Positions 62,701 to 64,000 of a stretch of 64,000 bases of DNA are shown piece by piece. Under the pieces are notes generated by a model that worked only from the letters and a program-made list of their open reading frames with translations, made no database searches and was not told the DNA's origin. This stretch comes from Macrostomum lignano (Eukaryota), in NCBI GenBank assembly GCA_002269645.1, contig NIVC01000909.1:304258-368257 (forward strand), read 5' to 3'. A program made the position numbers and the translations under genes. Every line of letters begins with the position of its first letter. Position 1 is the first letter of the stretch.

Positions 62701-63648
62701 CCAATAACTCAGATCCCACAGATACGCAAATCCCCAGTAACTGAGATCCCACAGACACTCAAATCCCCAGTAACTCAAATCCCCAATAACTCAGATCCCA
62801 CAGATACGCAAATCCCCAGTAACTGAGATCCCACAGACACTCAAATCCCACATACACTCAAATCCCCAGTAACTCAAATCCCCAATAACTCAGATCCCAC
62901 AGACACTCAAATCCCCAATAACTCAGATCCCACAGATTCTCAAATCCCCAATAACCCAGATCCCACAGATACTTAAATCCCCAATAACTGAGATCCCACA
63001 GACACTCAAATTCCCAATAACTGTGATCCCACAGACACTCAAATCCCCAATAACTCAGATCCCACAGATTCTCAAATCCCCAATAATCCAGATCCCACAG
63101 ATACTCAAATCCCAGAAAACCAAAAAATCCCATGGATATAAAAAACGAAACAAAACTTACAGACGAAAAATCCTCTAAAATCTGGGAAATCCCAATGGAG
63201 CTAGCACGCAATTTCAAATAGTCCCAATTCTTTAAAAAGAAAACACAAGTGCTCACAGGCAGAGCGTCCCCATTAAAATCGGCAAAATCTTCAGGCGCAG
63301 CAATCAAAGCTCCAGTAGAATTAGCCACCGTTGCATCAGCCGGTTCCTTTGAAGTCGCCGCCGATAAATTCTTTTGATTTCGCCGCCCAACTGAGGACAG
63401 TGCCGCCCCAGATGATGAAGACGGTTTGGCATAGTGCCAAGGCAGTTCGGTACCGGCCCTGCAGGAGGCTAAAAATTTCAACACGTGACTGGGACCGCGA
63501 CAGCACACGTGAGGCGGCGGAGACTGCATGGGATTGAGCTCAAGGTTGAGCTGGGTCAGGCCAGGTCTCATCTCGCTGTAGGCTGGCGGCAAGTTGGTCA
63601 GCTGATTGACAGACAAATCCAGGCAGTGAAGCCGGAGATGGCACCATT
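59712..63648 (-). CDS. LRCH: LRR and calponin-homology domain protein (LRCH-like), 3' part; exons 63648-63257, 61707-61479, 60893-60604, 59861-59712; 5' exons outside the window
   Basis: LRR cap LDLSVNQLTNLP...LNLELNPMQSPPPHVCCRGPSHVLKFL; CH-like AMRAIVEHRLGVRL...ERLIDGQLLGQL...YQRLGVSE|ANL; C-terminal hydrophobic segment VLAIALLIFWLL. Splice phases (0,1,0) are compatible. Confidence 0.75.
60123..60567 (+). repeat. 20-bp minisatellite whose unit contains an RFX X-box match
   Basis: Unit atagttcccatagcaacagg; GTTCCCATAGCAAC at 60154 and 60392, GTTGCCATAGCAAC at 60412. Confidence 0.85.
60936..61420 (+). repeat. Second 20-bp minisatellite with an X-box-like core
   Basis: Unit atagctaccctagcaaccca; variants GTTACCCTAGCAAC. 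Confidence 0.85.
62140..63110 (+). repeat. 33-bp minisatellite in LRCH-like intron
   Basis: Unit actcaaatccccaataactcagatcccacagac. Confidence 0.9.
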
Positions 63649-63814
63649 CTGATAAGGGTTCAAGCAAATATGATGATTCTGACTTGTATTAGCGAATAAA
63701 TAAACACGCTTTATATGCTACTTAGTAAGTAGGTAAACTGTGCGAACGTGTGTATGAGTGCGTGTCTCGAATTGCCGTAGCAACTACAGGTTGAGACCAT
63801 GACGCTCACAGGTC

Positions 63815-64000
63815 TTCACAAATTCGAATCTTCCCAAGTTCGAATCTTCACAAATTCAGATCTTCAGAAGTTCGAATCTTCACAAGTTCAGATCTTCAGA
63901 AGTTCGAATCTTCACAAGTTCAGATCTTCAGAAGTTCGAATCTTCACAAGTTCAGATCTTCACAAGTTCGAATATTCACAAGTTCAGATCTTCACAAGTT
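63815..64000 (+). repeat. 16/32-bp tandem repeat running off the window end
   Basis: gttcgaatcttcacaa / gttcagatcttcagaa units. Confidence 0.85.

Overview
Animal genomic DNA with GT-AG introns. The minisatellite-packed introns and gene content suggest a free-living flatworm such as Macrostomum (inference). Five multi-exon host genes were reconstructed by hand from splice signals. (1) VPS26 on +, with no ATG-bearing first exon found. (2) A three-exon Cdx/caudal ParaHox gene on +, whose homeobox the ORF track misses. (3) A deoxynucleoside kinase (TK2/dNK-like) on -. (4) An SH2-ankyrin-SH2-kinase (SHARK/HTK16-type) gene on -, whose kinase lacks the HRD aspartate and whose last intron is a ~10.7 kb 30-bp satellite. 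(5) The 3' part of an LRCH-like gene on -. A cluster of intronless NHL/beta-propeller-like genes at 48.6-55.5 kb shows recent inverted, partial and mosaic duplication. Mobile DNA includes a full-length intron-containing THAP/P-element (32-bp TIRs, 8-bp TSD), an internally deleted mariner and several MITEs. Decayed remnants of Crypton, KDZ/CxC, LTR-gag, Penelope and Merlin elements are also present, mostly in CpG-depleted domains. About twenty distinct tandem arrays occupy introns and 3' flanks; two of them are built from RFX X-box-like motifs. Most long ORFs in the track are artefacts of these arrays.
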